DNA of 38,438 nt from contig CAXGRO010000003.1 of the NCBI GenBank assembly GCA_964012055.1, positions 1 through 38,438 on the forward strand, in the 5' to 3' direction. Every line of letters starts with the position of its first letter. Positions within the stretch are counted from its first letter, which is position 1. Shown here one piece after another: positions 11,340-22,808 of this stretch. A program made the translations under genes and the position numbers. The notes beneath the pieces were generated by a model. It saw only the letters and a list, made by a program, of their open reading frames with translations. It had not been told where the DNA came from and did not search any database. The stretch is from an uncultured bacterium. Its GTDB lineage: Bacteria; Latescibacterota; UBA2968; UBA8231.

Positions 11340-11711
11340 TTGCCGACCATTAGCCAACTCGTCCGCAAAGGCCGCAAAAAGGTAGAAAAGAAAAAGGACG
11401 CCCCAGCTTTGGAAAAATGTCCTCAGCGCCGGGGAGTCTGCACGCGCGTGTACACTTCCACGCCCAAGAAACCCAATTCTGCCCTGCGCAAGATGGCGCG
11501 TGTGCGCCTGACTACCGGAACCGAAGTTACGGCTTATATCCCCGGAGAGGGCAATAATCTCCAGGAGCACTCTATTGTGTTGGTGCGCGGAGGGCGCGTT
11601 AAAGATTGTCCCGGTGTGCGCTACCACATCATTCGGGGTGTTTTGGATGCCAGTAGTGTAGCCGAACGCCGCCAAGGGCGCTCTAAATACGGCGCCAGAC
11701 GACCGGAATAA
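11340..11711 (+). CDS. rpsL: 30S ribosomal protein S12
   Basis: [11 protein letters not shown] and [13 protein letters not shown]; TTG start with SD GAGGAG. Confidence 0.99.
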   Translation: MPTISQLVRKGRKKVEKKKDAPALEKCPQRRGVCTRVYTSTPKKPNSALRKMARVRLTTGTEVTAYIPGEGNNLQEHSIVLVRGGRVKDCPGVRYHIIRGVLDASSVAERRQGRSKYGARRPE

Positions 11712-11732
11712 ATTAAAGCGAGATAGGGATAG

Positions 11733-12203
11733 ATGTCGCGTCGTAAAAAAGCCATAAAAAGACAGTTATTACCAGACCCCAAGTTTAATAATGTGCTGAT
11801 TTCTCGCTTCATCAACTCCTTGATGAAGAAGGGCAAGCGCAGCGTCGCCGAGCGCATTTTCTACGATGCCTTGGATTTGGTAAACGATCGCTCCGGCGAA
11901 GACTGCGTCGAAGTATTCCAAAAAGCAGTTGAAAACGCCAAACCCCTCGTCATGGTTCGTTCGCGGCGAGTAGGTGGATCTACATATCAGGTGCCCATAG
12001 AAGTGCGTTCCGACGAGCGCACTGCCCGGTCAATACGCTGGCTCATTCAGTACGCGCGAACCCGATCCGATCGCACTATGGCCGAAAAATTGGCCAATGA
12101 ATTCATCTCCGCCGCAAATGGCGAGGGCGGGGCGGTAAGGAATAAGGAAGACGCCCATCGTATGGCAGAGGCCAACAAAGCCTTTGCCCATTATCGATTC
12201 TGA
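11733..12203 (+). CDS. rpsG: 30S ribosomal protein S7
   Basis: [13 protein letters not shown] and [14 protein letters not shown]. Confidence 0.99.
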   Translation: MSRRKKAIKRQLLPDPKFNNVLISRFINSLMKKGKRSVAERIFYDALDLVNDRSGEDCVEVFQKAVENAKPLVMVRSRRVGGSTYQVPIEVRSDERTARSIRWLIQYARTRSDRTMAEKLANEFISAANGEGGAVRNKEDAHRMAEANKAFAHYRF

Positions 12204-12226
12204 ATTTAAAGACCGCTATTTATAAA

Positions 12227-14314
12227 ATGGCAAGCACATTGAATCTGGAAGATACGAGAAATATTGGTATTGCCGCCCACATAGACGCGGGCAAGACCAC
12301 CACTACCGAGCGCATCCTCTACTATACGGGTAGATTGCATCGCATGGGCGAAGTGCACGAAGGCACGGCGACCATGGATTGGATGGACCAGGAACGCGAA
12401 CGGGGCATTACCATTACCTCTGCCGCCACGGCATGCGAGTGGAACAATCACCGCATAAACATTATAGATACGCCTGGCCACGTAGATTTTACCGCCGAAG
12501 TGGAGCGCTCCCTGCGCGTACTCGACGGCGCCATCGGCGTTTTTTGTGCTGTCGGCGGCGTCGAACCCCAGTCGGAAACGGTCTGGCGCCAGGCGGATCG
12601 CTACGAGGTTCCACGCATTGCGTTCGTCAATAAGATGGATCGCAACGGCGCCGATTTTTATAACGTGCTCAATATGTTGGAGGAGCGGCTGAGGAGCAAT
12701 TTTGTACCAATCCAATTGCCTATCGGCACGGGAGAAACCTTTACGGGGTTGATCGACCTGATTGAGATGAGGGCCATCACCTACGAAGAAGGTTCTCAGG
12801 GCATACAATTTTTCGAAGGCGAAATTCCCGAAGATCTGCTCGACAATGCGCTTGAGTATCGCGAAAAAATGCTCGAAGCCGTAGCCGATTTCGACGATCA
12901 CTTGCTAGAAAAATTTCTCGAAGGTGAGGAGATCGATTCGCCCGAGATCATAGCTGCGCTTCGTCAAGCCACCATCGCTTTAAAAGCTGTTCCCGTTACC
13001 TGTGGCAGTGCTTTTCGCTATAAAGGCGTGCAGCGTCTGCTTGATGCCGTAGTGGCATTTTTGCCCTCTCCGCTCGACATCGAGCAGGTTGAAGGCGTAC
13101 TGCCCAATTCCGATGAGGTTGCCATTCGCCGTGCCGAACCCAGCGAGCCATTCGCGGCGCTGGCATTCAAGATTATGACCGATCCCTTTGTGGGGCGCTT
13201 GAGTTTCATGCGGGTTTATTCGGGCACATTAGAGGCTGGTTCTTATGTTTATAACGTAACTACGGAAAAACGCGAACGCGTTTCTCGTCTGTTGGAAATG
13301 CACGCCAATGATCGCACAGAACGCAAGGCGGTACACGCCGGCGATATCATTGCCGTCGTCGGTTTGAAGGATACGACTACTGGGGATACTCTGTGCGATG
13401 AGGCCCAGCCGATCCTCCTTGAGAAAATCGATTTTGCCGAACCTGTGGTCCACGTTGCCATTGAACCCAAGACTCGCGCCGATCAGGAACAACTCCATAT
13501 AGCCCTGCAAAAACTCAGCGAAGAAGATCCTACTTTCAAAGTGAAACTCGATCCCGAAACGGGGCAGACGATCATGTCGGGCATGGGTGAATTGCACCTG
13601 GAGATTTTGCTTGATCGCTTGTTCCGCGAGTTCCAGGTTGAAGCCAATGTGGGCCGCCCGCAAGTCGCCTACAAAGAAGGCATTCGCACGGCAGTGCAAG
13701 CCACAGGTCGTTTTGTGCGCCAGACGGGTGGTCGCGGTCAATTTGGTCATGTCGAAATCGAAATCGAGCCGGGAGAGCCCGGCACTGGTCTGGTGTTCGA
13801 GTCGAAGGTTGTCGGCGGTAATATTCCTCGAGAGTACATAAATCCGGTGCGCGAAGGTATTCAGGAGGCTATGTTTTCTGGACCGGTGGCCGGCTATCCT
13901 ATTGAAGATATTAGAGTGACATTGGTGGATGGCTCTTATCACGAAGTAGATTCATCTGAGATGGCCTTTAAAGTTGCTGGTTCCATGGCTTTTAAAGATG
14001 GAACGCAAAAAGCCAAACCCTACCTGACGGAACCCATCATGGAACTCGAGGTGGTAATCCCCGAGCAATATATGGGAGATGTGATCGGCGATTTAAATTC
14101 CCACCGCGGGGAGGTGGCCGGTGTTAATGCTCGGTCCGATGCTCAAGTGGTGAGTGCCGTCATCCCCCTTAGCGAGACATTCGGTTATGCTACGCGCCTC
14201 AGGTCTTTAACCCAGGGCCGGGGCGTATTTACTATGCAGTTTTCCAAATTTCGCGAAGTGCCCGAACAGGTTAGAGAAGAAATAGTAGCTAAAGTCCGCG
14301 GACACGAGGGCTGA
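12227..14314 (+). CDS. fusA: Elongation factor G
   Basis: [23 protein letters not shown] and [11 protein letters not shown]. Confidence 0.99.
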   Translation: MASTLNLEDTRNIGIAAHIDAGKTTTTERILYYTGRLHRMGEVHEGTATMDWMDQERERGITITSAATACEWNNHRINIIDTPGHVDFTAEVERSLRVLDGAIGVFCAVGGVEPQSETVWRQADRYEVPRIAFVNKMDRNGADFYNVLNMLEERLRSNFVPIQLPIGTGETFTGLIDLIEMRAITYEEGSQGIQFFEGEIPEDLLDNALEYREKMLEAVADFDDHLLEKFLEGEEIDSPEIIAALRQATIALKAVPVTCGSAFRYKGVQRLLDAVVAFLPSPLDIEQVEGVLPNSDEVAIRRAEPSEPFAALAFKIMTDPFVGRLSFMRVYSGTLEAGSYVYNVTTEKRERVSRLLEMHANDRTERKAVHAGDIIAVVGLKDTTTGDTLCDEAQPILLEKIDFAEPVVHVAIEPKTRADQEQLHIALQKLSEEDPTFKVKLDPETGQTIMSGMGELHLEILLDRLFREFQVEANVGRPQVAYKEGIRTAVQATGRFVRQTGGRGQFGHVEIEIEPGEPGTGLVFESKVVGGNIPREYINPVREGIQEAMFSGPVAGYPIEDIRVTLVDGSYHEVDSSEMAFKVAGSMAFKDGTQKAKPYLTEPIMELEVVIPEQYMGDVIGDLNSHRGEVAGVNARSDAQVVSAVIPLSETFGYATRLRSLTQGRGVFTMQFSKFREVPEQVREEIVAKVRGHEG

Positions 14315-14342
14315 GCCGTAAATAAAGGAGAGAAACTAGCAA

Positions 14343-15533
14343 ATGGCTAAGGAGAAATTTGAACGAAATAAACCTCACGTCAATATCGGCACCATCGGAC
14401 ATGTCGACCACGGCAAAACGACGCTGACGGCAGCGATTACGCTTTATCTTTCTTCTAAGGGCTTGGCCGAAGAAAAGTCGGTAGACGACATCGATAATGC
14501 GCCCGAAGAGAAAGCTCGCGGCGTAACGATCAACGTATCGCACCAGGAATACGAAACGGAGACCCGCCACTATGCCCATGTCGACTGTCCCGGTCACGCC
14601 GACTACATCAAGAACATGATCACCGGTGCGGCCCAGATGGATGGCGCTATTTTAGTGGTCAGCGCCGCCGACGGCCCTATGATCCAGACGCGCGAGCACA
14701 TCTTGCTGGCTCGCCAGGTCAACGTACCGCAGATCGTTGTATACCTCAATAAAGTAGACATGGTCGATGATGAGGAATTGCTCGAACTGGTTGAGTTAGA
14801 GACTCGCGAATTGCTCTCCGAGTACGGCTTCGATGGCGACGAGATTCCTGTGATTCCCGGTTCGGCGCTCAAATCCGTGGAAGGAGATGAGGGCGAGATA
14901 GGCCACCAATCCATCCAGCAGCTCATGGACGCCGTCGACGAGACCATCCCTCTGCCAGAACGGCCGGTGGATCAGCCCTTCCTCATGCCGGTCGAAGACG
15001 TTTTCACTATTACCGGTCGTGGCACTGTGGGCACCGGTCGAGTCGAGCGCGGCAAAGTTCGGGTGGGCGAAGATGTCGAAATCGTTGGCATTAGAGAAAC
15101 GCGCAAGACCGTGTGCACCGGCGTCGAAATGTTCCGCAAGGAACTCGACGAAGGTGAGGCCGGCGATAACGTGGGGATTCTCCTGCGCGGCGTTGAAAAG
15201 CAAGATCTGACCCGCGGCATGGTGCTGTCGCAGCCCGGTAGCATTACGCCTCACCAGAAGTTTAATGCCGAAGTTTACGTGTTGACGACCAAGGAGGGCG
15301 GCCGAGAAAAACCCTTCTTTACTGGCTATCGTCCGCAGTTTTACTTCCGCACCACTGACGTCACCGGATCGATCACCCTGCCCGAGGGCACCGAGATGGT
15401 CATGCCCGGCGACAACGTCAACATGGAAGTAGAATTGCACCAGCCCATCGCCATTGAGCAAACGTTGAAATTCGCCATTCGCGAGGGCGGGCGCACGATT
15501 GGCTCGGGCATTGTCACCGGCGTGTCCGACTAA
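14343..15533 (+). CDS. tuf: Elongation factor Tu
   Basis: [21 protein letters not shown] and FAIREGG. Confidence 0.99.
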   Translation: MAKEKFERNKPHVNIGTIGHVDHGKTTLTAAITLYLSSKGLAEEKSVDDIDNAPEEKARGVTINVSHQEYETETRHYAHVDCPGHADYIKNMITGAAQMDGAILVVSAADGPMIQTREHILLARQVNVPQIVVYLNKVDMVDDEELLELVELETRELLSEYGFDGDEIPVIPGSALKSVEGDEGEIGHQSIQQLMDAVDETIPLPERPVDQPFLMPVEDVFTITGRGTVGTGRVERGKVRVGEDVEIVGIRETRKTVCTGVEMFRKELDEGEAGDNVGILLRGVEKQDLTRGMVLSQPGSITPHQKFNAEVYVLTTKEGGREKPFFTGYRPQFYFRTTDVTGSITLPEGTEMVMPGDNVNMEVELHQPIAIEQTLKFAIREGGRTIGSGIVTGVSD

Positions 15534-15558
15534 AAAAAGGCTTGCGAGGAGGCCACCA

Positions 15559-15867
15559 TTGGCTGTAGATAGAATACGCATCCGCTTGAAGGCATATGAC
15601 CATCTGGCGTTGGATAGATCAGTAGACGAAATAGTACAGACTGTGAGGCGGAGCGGGGCGCGCATAGCGGGTCCTGTTCCTCTGCCCACTTCTCGCACCA
15701 TTTACACGGTGTTGCGGTCTCCTCACGTCGATAAGAAATCGCGCGAACAGTTTGAAACTAGGGTTCACAAACGGCTCATTGATATTTACGATTCGACTCC
15801 GCAGACGGTAGATGCGCTCATGAAGCTCGACCTGCCGGCTGGCATCGGGATAGACATCAAAGTTTGA
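15559..15867 (+). CDS. rpsJ: 30S ribosomal protein S10
   Basis: [11 protein letters not shown] and [14 protein letters not shown]; start moved to TTG 15559 after SD GAGGAGG. Confidence 0.97.
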   Translation: MAVDRIRIRLKAYDHLALDRSVDEIVQTVRRSGARIAGPVPLPTSRTIYTVLRSPHVDKKSREQFETRVHKRLIDIYDSTPQTVDALMKLDLPAGIGIDIKV

Positions 15868-15883
15868 TCAGGAAGGCATTGAA

Positions 15884-16528
15884 GTGATGGGGGCACAAGT
15901 AGAAGTTCTTAATACGGCTGGAGAGGCGGCAGGATCGGTGGAGTTGCCCACCCATTTATTCGATGCCAAGATTGTCGAATACGCCCTGTATCGAGCGGTA
16001 GTAACTTACGAGGCAAATCAACGCCAGGGGAATGCCTCCACCAAGACGCGTTCCGAAATCAGGCGTACGAGCAAGAAACATCACCGGCAAAAGGGCACGG
16101 GTATGGCGCGTCGAGGTTCGCTGCGTTCGCCTCTGGTGCGCGGTGGTGGAGTCGCTTTTGGACCTAAACCCCGTTCGTATTATAGCAAATTGCCCAAAGG
16201 GCTAAAACGACAGGCTTTCCGCTCTGCCCTGACTAGTAAGGGCGCCAATGGCCAGATCGTGATTATTGACGATTTTGAATTTCCCCAGCCCAGTACCAAA
16301 TCTTTTGCAGGCATTATATCCGCTTGCGGTTTGGCTGGCCAGAAAGTGTTAGTTGTTACTCCTGAAAGCGCTCCTATTCTGTTCAAATCCTGTCGCAATC
16401 TACCTGGCGTTGCCATGACACCGGCAGCAATTTTGAGCACCTACGAAGTAGTGGCGGCAGATGTAGTGGTCTTCACCCGTCAGGCCTTGGATAAACTGGT
16501 TACAATACACGGCGAACAGGGCGAATAA
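15884..16528 (+). CDS. rplD: 50S ribosomal protein L4
   Basis: RQGNASTKTRSE, RQKGTGMARRGS and GGGVAFGPKPR; starts 16 nt after rpsJ with no rplC between them. Confidence 0.97.
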   Translation: MMGAQVEVLNTAGEAAGSVELPTHLFDAKIVEYALYRAVVTYEANQRQGNASTKTRSEIRRTSKKHHRQKGTGMARRGSLRSPLVRGGGVAFGPKPRSYYSKLPKGLKRQAFRSALTSKGANGQIVIIDDFEFPQPSTKSFAGIISACGLAGQKVLVVTPESAPILFKSCRNLPGVAMTPAAILSTYEVVAADVVVFTRQALDKLVTIHGEQGE

Positions 16529-16543
16529 AGGAGACGGACAACT

Positions 16544-16831
16544 GTGAATTTGCATCGCAAGTTAATTGAAAAGCCCATTCTCACCGAAAAGACCACGTTT
16601 TTGCGCGAAGGCAATACGTATACTTTTAAGGTTGATTCGCGGGCAAATAAAATCCAGATTCGCCAGGCTATTGAGGCCTTATTTGAGGTTAAGGTAAAAA
16701 CTGTGCGCACCGTATCAGTACCGAGCAAGCCGCGCCGACAAGGCATGTTTCAGGGGCGGCGTGCCGGTTGGAAAAAAGCCTATGTCACGCTGCGGCAGGG
16801 CGAGACTATAGAAGCTTTGGAAACGGTCTAA
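16544..16831 (+). CDS. rplW: 50S ribosomal protein L23
   Basis: PILTEK and WKKAYVTL; GTG start. Confidence 0.97.
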   Translation: MNLHRKLIEKPILTEKTTFLREGNTYTFKVDSRANKIQIRQAIEALFEVKVKTVRTVSVPSKPRRQGMFQGRRAGWKKAYVTLRQGETIEALETV

Positions 16832-16861
16832 CTGCCGTGGCTAAGGAATATAGATAAAATC

Positions 16862-17692
16862 ATGCCCGTCAAGACATTTCGTCCAACCACCCCTACGCTT
16901 CGATACAAAACAGTTAATTCCTTTGAGGGGCTAACTAGAAAAAGTCCGGAAAAGTCGCTTATTGCTCCGCTTTCTAAATCGGGTGGGCGTAACAATCGGG
17001 GCCGCATTACCATGCGGCGGCGCGGGGGCGGACACAAGAGGAGATATCGGGTCATCGATTTTAAACGAAATAAAATTGGTGTGCCCGGTAAGGTTTCCAC
17101 CAAAGAATACGATCCCAATCGCTCTGCCTTTATCGCTTTGATTACTTATTTGGATGGAGAGAAACGCTATATCTTGGCGCCGCACGGCCTTGAAGTTGGC
17201 GATGCTGTGTCGGCAGGTCCCGACGCCCCCATCAGAGTGGGAAATGCGTTGCCCCTGGCGAATATGCCGCTAGGTACTATGGTCCACAATGTCGAGTTAC
17301 AACCTGGGCAGGGTGGACAGTTAGCGCGCAGTGCGGGGGCAGAGGTTCAACTGTTGGGTCGTTCTGATGGACGCGCCCAATTGCGCCTGCCTTCGGGGGA
17401 GCAACGCGAAGTTCTAGAAAGTTGCTACGCCACTATCGGACAGGTGGGAAATCTCGAACACGCCAACGTCGTAGTGGGCAAGGCTGGCAGGTCGCGTTGG
17501 TTGGGGCGTCGTCCCAAAGTGCGCGGCGTGGTCATGAATCCGGTAGATCATCCCCACGGTGGGGGCGAAGGCAAGTCTTCGGGTGGTCGCCATCCCGTAA
17601 CGCCTTGGGGCAAGCCTACCAAAGGCTATAAGACTCGCAAGCGAAAAAACCAGTCCAATAAATGGATTATCCGCCGACGCAATGAGAAGTAG
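16862..17692 (+). CDS. rplB: 50S ribosomal protein L2
   Basis: [12 protein letters not shown] and [13 protein letters not shown]. Confidence 0.99.
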   Translation: MPVKTFRPTTPTLRYKTVNSFEGLTRKSPEKSLIAPLSKSGGRNNRGRITMRRRGGGHKRRYRVIDFKRNKIGVPGKVSTKEYDPNRSAFIALITYLDGEKRYILAPHGLEVGDAVSAGPDAPIRVGNALPLANMPLGTMVHNVELQPGQGGQLARSAGAEVQLLGRSDGRAQLRLPSGEQREVLESCYATIGQVGNLEHANVVVGKAGRSRWLGRRPKVRGVVMNPVDHPHGGGEGKSSGGRHPVTPWGKPTKGYKTRKRKNQSNKWIIRRRNEK

Positions 17693-17711
17693 TGAGGAGT
17701 GTTATTAATTT

Positions 17712-17999
17712 ATGCCGAGATCAATTAAAAAAGGGCCTTTCATTGACGACCATTTGCTCAAGAAAATTGAAGAGGCCAACCGCGTTGGAGATAAAAAGGT
17801 TATAAAAACCTGGTCGCGGCGTTCGACGATTACTCCCGAATTTGTCGGACACACTTTGGCTGTTCACAACGGAAATAAGTTTATTCCTGTGTTCATCGCT
17901 GAAAATATGGTAGGACATAAGTTAGGTGAATTCGCCCCAACTCGAACATTTCGTGGTCACGGTGGTAAATTGACCGAACGCGCCAGCGGCGTTCGTTAG
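17712..17999 (+). CDS. rpsS: 30S ribosomal protein S19
   Basis: [10 protein letters not shown] and [13 protein letters not shown]. Confidence 0.99.
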   Translation: MPRSIKKGPFIDDHLLKKIEEANRVGDKKVIKTWSRRSTITPEFVGHTLAVHNGNKFIPVFIAENMVGHKLGEFAPTRTFRGHGGKLTERASGVR

Positions 18000-18015
18000 G
18001 AATACGGTTACAGTA

Positions 18016-18363
18016 ATGGAAGCTATAGCAGTTGCAAGACAAATCGGTGTGCCGGCGACTAAGGTGCGGCAGCTAATAGATTTAATTCGCGGCAAACCCG
18101 TAGAAGAGGCGTTAAATTTATTGCGTTTTTCTTCTCGTCCAGTGGCTAAAGTCGTTGAAAAGACGCTGCGTTCTGCCATTGCCAATGCCGTTAATCAGGA
18201 CGAGGAGAATCCGATTGACGCGGAGGAATTATACGTACGCACTGTTTTTGCCGACGAAGGCCGTGACCTGAAGCGAATTCGTCCACGGGCTCGGGGCGCC
18301 TCTGATCGCATTCGCAAGCGCCACAGTCACCTCACCATTATCGTTAGTGATCAGCTCAATTAA
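18016..18363 (+). CDS. rplV: 50S ribosomal protein L22
   Basis: LRSAIANA and [19 protein letters not shown]. Confidence 0.98.
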   Translation: MEAIAVARQIGVPATKVRQLIDLIRGKPVEEALNLLRFSSRPVAKVVEKTLRSAIANAVNQDEENPIDAEELYVRTVFADEGRDLKRIRPRARGASDRIRKRHSHLTIIVSDQLN

Positions 18364-18373
18364 GGGGGCTTTT

Positions 18374-19036
18374 TTGGGACAAAAAACACATCCATACGGC
18401 TTTCGTCTGGGCGTTATTAAAGGTTGGCGTTCCAATTGGTTCGCTGAGAAGGATTTCTCCGAGTTGCTCAAAGAAGATACGATGCTGCGAGGCTACGTGT
18501 CTCAGCGCCTGCAGCGCGCCGGGGTTTCTCGCATTAATATTGAAAGACAGCCCAAGCGCGTGACTGTTGAGGTCTTCACCATGCGTCCGGGTATAGCAAT
18601 TGGTCGCCGCGGTGCCGAAGTGGACAAATTGCGTGATGAACTCAAGCAATTGACCGGCAAGGATGTATCGCTAAATATCCAAGAAGTCAAAAAGCCCGAA
18701 CTTGATGCCCAATTGGTTGCCGATAATCTGGCCCGCCAATTAGAAGGCCGCGTATCTTTTCGGCGGGCGATGAAAAAATCCATTGCTTCGGCAATGCGCA
18801 TGGGGGCCGAAGGCATAAGGATCGTGTGCGGGGGCCGCATTGGCGGTTCCGAAATGGGCCGCCGGGAGCGCTCCGAACCCGCTGGCAGGGTGCCGTTGCA
18901 CACGCTGCGTGCCGACATTGACTACGCCATGGCTACGGCGTACACCATATCTGGAACGGTAGGTGTAAAAGTGTGGATCTGCCACGGTGAAGTCATGGAA
19001 GAAGAGGATAGCGCAGGTCAGCCGGCGCAAATATAA
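18374..19036 (+). CDS. rpsC: 30S ribosomal protein S3
   Basis: [12 protein letters not shown] and [14 protein letters not shown]; start moved to TTG 18374. Confidence 0.98.
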   Translation: MGQKTHPYGFRLGVIKGWRSNWFAEKDFSELLKEDTMLRGYVSQRLQRAGVSRINIERQPKRVTVEVFTMRPGIAIGRRGAEVDKLRDELKQLTGKDVSLNIQEVKKPELDAQLVADNLARQLEGRVSFRRAMKKSIASAMRMGAEGIRIVCGGRIGGSEMGRRERSEPAGRVPLHTLRADIDYAMATAYTISGTVGVKVWICHGEVMEEEDSAGQPAQI

Positions 19037-19054
19037 CGACTGAGGTTCCGTACT

Positions 19055-19465
19055 ATGTTGATGCCCAAAAAAGTAAAGTGGAGGAAGCAATCGCGTGGTC
19101 GCATGCGTGGTCATACCAAGGGAGGGGATAAAGTTTCCTTTGGAGAGTTTGGTCTCAAGGCTATGGAGCCCTGTTGGATCACTAGTCGTCAAATAGAAGC
19201 GGCCCGCGTGGCTGTGAGCCGTTCGATTAGCCGCAGCGGAAAATTCTGGATACGCATATTTCCCGACAAACCCATTACCAATAAACCGGCTGAGACGCGT
19301 ATGGGTAAAGGCAAGGGAGCGCCTGAGGGATGGGTAGCCGTTGTCAAGCCAGGGCGCGTCATGTTCGAATTGGCGGGCGTGTCAGAGGAAATGGCAAAGG
19401 AAGCTTTTCGTCGCGCCGGTCATAAATTGCCCATTAAGACTAAATTTGTGGAGCGTGTAGGATAG
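19055..19465 (+). CDS. rplP: 50S ribosomal protein L16
   Basis: RQIEAAR and ETRMGKGKG. Confidence 0.99.
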   Translation: MLMPKKVKWRKQSRGRMRGHTKGGDKVSFGEFGLKAMEPCWITSRQIEAARVAVSRSISRSGKFWIRIFPDKPITNKPAETRMGKGKGAPEGWVAVVKPGRVMFELAGVSEEMAKEAFRRAGHKLPIKTKFVERVG

Positions 19466-19467
19466 CA

Positions 19468-19686
19468 ATGAAAGCAAGTGAATTGCGCGAAATGAATATA
19501 GATGACATACAGGCCCAACTTGAGGAATTGCTGGAAGAAAAATTTAACTTGAGATTTCAGGCCGTTTCCGGACATTTGACTAATCCCATACGATTGCGTC
19601 AAGTGCGTCGGGACATTGCCTGTATCCACACCGTGCTGCGAGAGAACGAGTTGGGAATCAATACCTTGGCCGGCGGAGAAAAGTAA
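19468..19686 (+). CDS. rpmC: 50S ribosomal protein L29
   Basis: MKASELRE, FNLRFQ and RQVRRDIA; synteny. Confidence 0.96.
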   Translation: MKASELREMNIDDIQAQLEELLEEKFNLRFQAVSGHLTNPIRLRQVRRDIACIHTVLRENELGINTLAGGEK

Positions 19687-19689
19687 GAA

Positions 19690-19956
19690 ATGCAGGAAAA
19701 ACTGAAAAGAGGTCGTCGCACTGTCGAGGGCAGGGTGATTCGTGATCGCAACTCCAAAACTCGCGTTGTCGCAGTCGAACAGCGTCTACTTCACCCCTTA
19801 TATGGACGCGTTTTACAGCGCACCACCAAAATGGTAGCCCATGACGAAGGGGAAGAGTCGAAGATTGGCGACGTGGTACGTATCCAGGAGTGCCGGCCGT
19901 TGAGTAAAACAAAGCGCTGGCGTCTCGTGGCCATCATAGAAAAGAGCAGCGACTGA
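19690..19956 (+). CDS. rpsQ: 30S ribosomal protein S17
   Basis: HPLYG and ECRPLSKTKRWRL. Confidence 0.97.
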   Translation: MQEKLKRGRRTVEGRVIRDRNSKTRVVAVEQRLLHPLYGRVLQRTTKMVAHDEGEESKIGDVVRIQECRPLSKTKRWRLVAIIEKSSD

Positions 19957-19962
19957 TTTATC

Positions 19963-20331
19963 ATGATTCAAGAGTACACAATAGTTACTATGGCAGATAA
20001 TGCCGGCGCACGTCGCGGTAAGTGCATACGCGTTCTGGGCGGGTCGGGTAAGCGCTATGCCTCGGTGGGCGATCTCATTGTCATCGCCCTTCACGATGTC
20101 GTACCCAACGGACCCATTAAAGAGGGGCAAGTTGCCCGCGCGGTTGTCGTGCGCACAAAAAAGGAATATCGACGCCCCGATGGTTCCTATATTCGCTTTG
20201 ACGAGAATGCTGCTGTCTTGCTCAACGACGAGAATGAACCTCAAGGCACGCGCATTTTTGGTCCGGTAGCGCGCGAACTGCGCGATAAGCAGTTCATGCG
20301 CATCATTTCATTAGCTCCCGAAGTCGTTTAG
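19963..20331 (+). CDS. rplN: 50S ribosomal protein L14
   Basis: IRFDENAAV and [13 protein letters not shown]. Confidence 0.99.
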   Translation: MIQEYTIVTMADNAGARRGKCIRVLGGSGKRYASVGDLIVIALHDVVPNGPIKEGQVARAVVVRTKKEYRRPDGSYIRFDENAAVLLNDENEPQGTRIFGPVARELRDKQFMRIISLAPEVV

Positions 20332-20346
20332 GCAAAAGAGTCTACA

Positions 20347-20661
20347 ATGGATATACGAAGCGGTGATATCGTCGAAGTGATTAGTGGTAATGAGAAAGGT
20401 AAGAGAGGGCGCGTACTAAGCGTCTTGCGTGAAAAAGACCGCGTCTTGGTGGAAGGGGTGCGCATGATGAAACGCCATACCCGCCCTACTTCCAGAGATC
20501 CCCAGGGAGGCATAGTCGAACGCGAGGCCCCCATTCACGCATCTAATGTCATGTTAGTTTGTCCCAATACAGACCAGCCTACGCGCATCGCCAAGAAACA
20601 ACTTGACGATGGCAAACACGTAAGAGTTTCCGTGCGCAGCGGAGAAATGATCGATTCTTAA
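20347..20661 (+). CDS. rplX: 50S ribosomal protein L24
   Basis: GDIVEVISGNEKGKRG and EAPIHASNVM. Confidence 0.98.
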   Translation: MDIRSGDIVEVISGNEKGKRGRVLSVLREKDRVLVEGVRMMKRHTRPTSRDPQGGIVEREAPIHASNVMLVCPNTDQPTRIAKKQLDDGKHVRVSVRSGEMIDS

Positions 20662-20683
20662 GTGGCAAAATTAGAGCGGAGCC

Positions 20684-21226
20684 ATGGATAGCAGACTAAA
20701 AGATTTATACAAATCGGAAATTGTGACCGCCATGATTGAGCAATTTAGTTACGGCAACGTCATGCAGGTTCCTCAAATAGAGAAAATTGTCGTCAATATG
20801 GGTGTCGGCGAAGCCGTCCAGGATGCCAAGGTTTTGGACAACGCTATTGCCGATCTGACGGCAATTACCGGCCAAAAACCGGCAGTGCGTCGTTCTAAAA
20901 AAGCCATCTCCAATTTTAAATTACGTCAGGGAATTCCAGTTGGCTGCATGGTCACCCTGCGCGGGGACCGCATGTACGAGTTTCTCGATCGTCTTGTTAC
21001 GTTTTCCCTACCTCAGGTGCGCGATTTCCGTGGTGTATCCTCTCGCAGTTTTGATGGCCGCGGCAATTACAATTTGGGGATTCAGGAGCAGCTCATTTTT
21101 CCCGAAATAGATTACGATAAAATTGACCAAATTCGCGGTCTCGATATAGCTATTGTAACCTCGTCCAATACCGATGAGGAAGCCCAAGCGTTATTGCGGC
21201 TGTTCGGTATGCCTTTCAGCAATTGA
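20684..21226 (+). CDS. rplE: 50S ribosomal protein L5
   Basis: [11 protein letters not shown] and [11 protein letters not shown]. Confidence 0.99.
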   Translation: MDSRLKDLYKSEIVTAMIEQFSYGNVMQVPQIEKIVVNMGVGEAVQDAKVLDNAIADLTAITGQKPAVRRSKKAISNFKLRQGIPVGCMVTLRGDRMYEFLDRLVTFSLPQVRDFRGVSSRSFDGRGNYNLGIQEQLIFPEIDYDKIDQIRGLDIAIVTSSNTDEEAQALLRLFGMPFSN

Positions 21227-21238
21227 GCGGAGAAGAGA

Positions 21239-21424
21239 ATGCCCAAGAAGTGTTTGATAATTAAGGCCGCGCGCAAACCCAAGTTTAAGGTGCGCCAGTA
21301 TACTCGTTGTCAACGTTGCGGCAGGCCGCGCGCCGTTTACAAAAAATTTGGTATTTGCCGGATTTGTTTCAGGGAATTAGCGTTGCGCGGCGAGATCCCC
21401 GGCGTCACCAAAGCAAGCTGGTAG
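21239..21424 (+). CDS. rpsN: 30S ribosomal protein S14, zinc-binding (type Z) form
   Basis: 61 aa with CQRC...CRIC and [11 protein letters not shown]. Confidence 0.97.
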   Translation: MPKKCLIIKAARKPKFKVRQYTRCQRCGRPRAVYKKFGICRICFRELALRGEIPGVTKASW

Positions 21425-21438
21425 GGAGTGAATCAACT

Positions 21439-21837
21439 ATGAGTATGACTGATCCCATCGCCGACATGCTGACTCGAGTGCGCAACGCCTGCCACGCCAG
21501 GCATCCCAGAGTGGATGTCCCTTCTTCCAAATTAAAACGGGAAATTGCACGCGTGTTGGCCGAGGCGCGTTTCATCGACAATTTCGCCTATATAGAAGAC
21601 GACAAGCAGGGTGTGCTGCGCCTTTTCTTGCGATACGATGACAATAATGCTCCACTCATTAAGGGTCTAAAGCGTATAAGCACACCAGGTTTGAGACAAT
21701 ATGCCGCTAAGGGAGAGATTCCCAGGGTCTTGCGCGGCCTTGGTATCGCAATTATTTCCACTTCCAGAGGAGTGATGACCGACCGCGAGGCTCGTAGGGC
21801 TGGCGTTGGTGGCGAAGTCCTCTGCAATATTTGGTAA
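21439..21837 (+). CDS. rpsH: 30S ribosomal protein S8
   Basis: [16 protein letters not shown] and STSRGVMTD; start moved to ATG 21439. Confidence 0.98.
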   Translation: MSMTDPIADMLTRVRNACHARHPRVDVPSSKLKREIARVLAEARFIDNFAYIEDDKQGVLRLFLRYDDNNAPLIKGLKRISTPGLRQYAAKGEIPRVLRGLGIAIISTSRGVMTDREARRAGVGGEVLCNIW

Positions 21838-21852
21838 CTTAGGAGATTTACT

Positions 21853-22416
21853 GTGTCACGTGTAGGAATTGTGCCGATTCCCGTACCTCAGGGAGTGGAA
21901 ATTACCGTCAATGCAGGAGAGGTGGTAGTAAAAGGGGCCAAAGGCAACTTGGAAGTTCCTTTTGACACCGATTATCTGGAAGTAAAACTTGAGGACAATA
22001 TAGTCCAGGTTCATAGAAAATCAGAAGAAAAATTCGCTCGTTCGTTGCACGGACTTACTCGTTCTCTTATAGCCAACGCGGTAACAGGGGTAACTGAGGG
22101 TTTTTCTAAAAGGCTCGATATATTTGGCGTGGGGTATCGCGCCGAGGTACAGGGTAAGCAATTGACAATGCATCTGGGCTATTCACACCCTGTAGTGTAC
22201 GCTGCACCAGAAGGCGTCGAGTTGAGTACAGAGGATGCCGCATCGAGTACTGGGGCGCAAGTTCGAATCGTGGTCTATGGAGCGGATAAACAACAGGTAG
22301 GACAGGCTGCAGCCGATATTCGCAGCAAGCGCAAACCCGACCCCTACAAGGGTAAGGGCGTGCGCTATGAAGATGAAACCATTCACTGGAAGGCCGGTAA
22401 GGCGGCAGTAGTTTAA
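21853..22416 (+). CDS. rplF: 50S ribosomal protein L6
   Basis: GVGYRA, LGYSHP and [11 protein letters not shown]; GTG start. Confidence 0.98.
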   Translation: MSRVGIVPIPVPQGVEITVNAGEVVVKGAKGNLEVPFDTDYLEVKLEDNIVQVHRKSEEKFARSLHGLTRSLIANAVTGVTEGFSKRLDIFGVGYRAEVQGKQLTMHLGYSHPVVYAAPEGVELSTEDAASSTGAQVRIVVYGADKQQVGQAAADIRSKRKPDPYKGKGVRYEDETIHWKAGKAAVV

Positions 22417-22418
22417 AT

Positions 22419-22793
22419 ATGTCTAATAGAACAGCGCAAGGGAAAAGGGACGCTCGGCGCAACCGTCGTCGTCACAGGATACGCAAAGCGGTAATTGGCA
22501 CTCCGGAAAGGCCGCGGTTGGTGGTTCACCGCAGTTTGCGCCATATCGAAGCGCAGATAATCGACGATACAGTGGGACATTCATTGGTTGGTCTGTCTAC
22601 TCAAGCCAAAGATTTTCGCGGGGAAAATTTTGAGGGCCGTTTAGCCCAGGGGCAAGAGCTGGGCAAGCGTCTGGCGGCAACGGCCAAGGAAAAAGGTATA
22701 GATAAAGTCGTATTTGATCGCGGTGGCTTTTTGTATCACGGCATAGTCAAGGCCGTGGCGGATGGGGCGCGCGAAGGCGGCTTGCAGTTTTAG
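22419..22793 (+). CDS. rplR: 50S ribosomal protein L18
   Basis: RPRLVVHRS and [12 protein letters not shown]. Confidence 0.98.
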   Translation: MSNRTAQGKRDARRNRRRHRIRKAVIGTPERPRLVVHRSLRHIEAQIIDDTVGHSLVGLSTQAKDFRGENFEGRLAQGQELGKRLAATAKEKGIDKVVFDRGGFLYHGIVKAVADGAREGGLQF

Positions 22794-22808
22794 AGGAGAG
22801 GAATATCT

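Noticed and set aside
14343-15533. tuf looks richer in C-ending codons than its neighbours (possible foreign origin)
   Set aside because: Expected for a very highly expressed gene in its native position; not quantified
14796-15701. 301-aa antisense ORF over tuf, and similar long antisense ORFs over fusA (12206-12901, 13229-13942), rpoB and rpoC
   Set aside because: Shadow frames of strongly codon-biased conserved genes; no recognisable motifs or RBS
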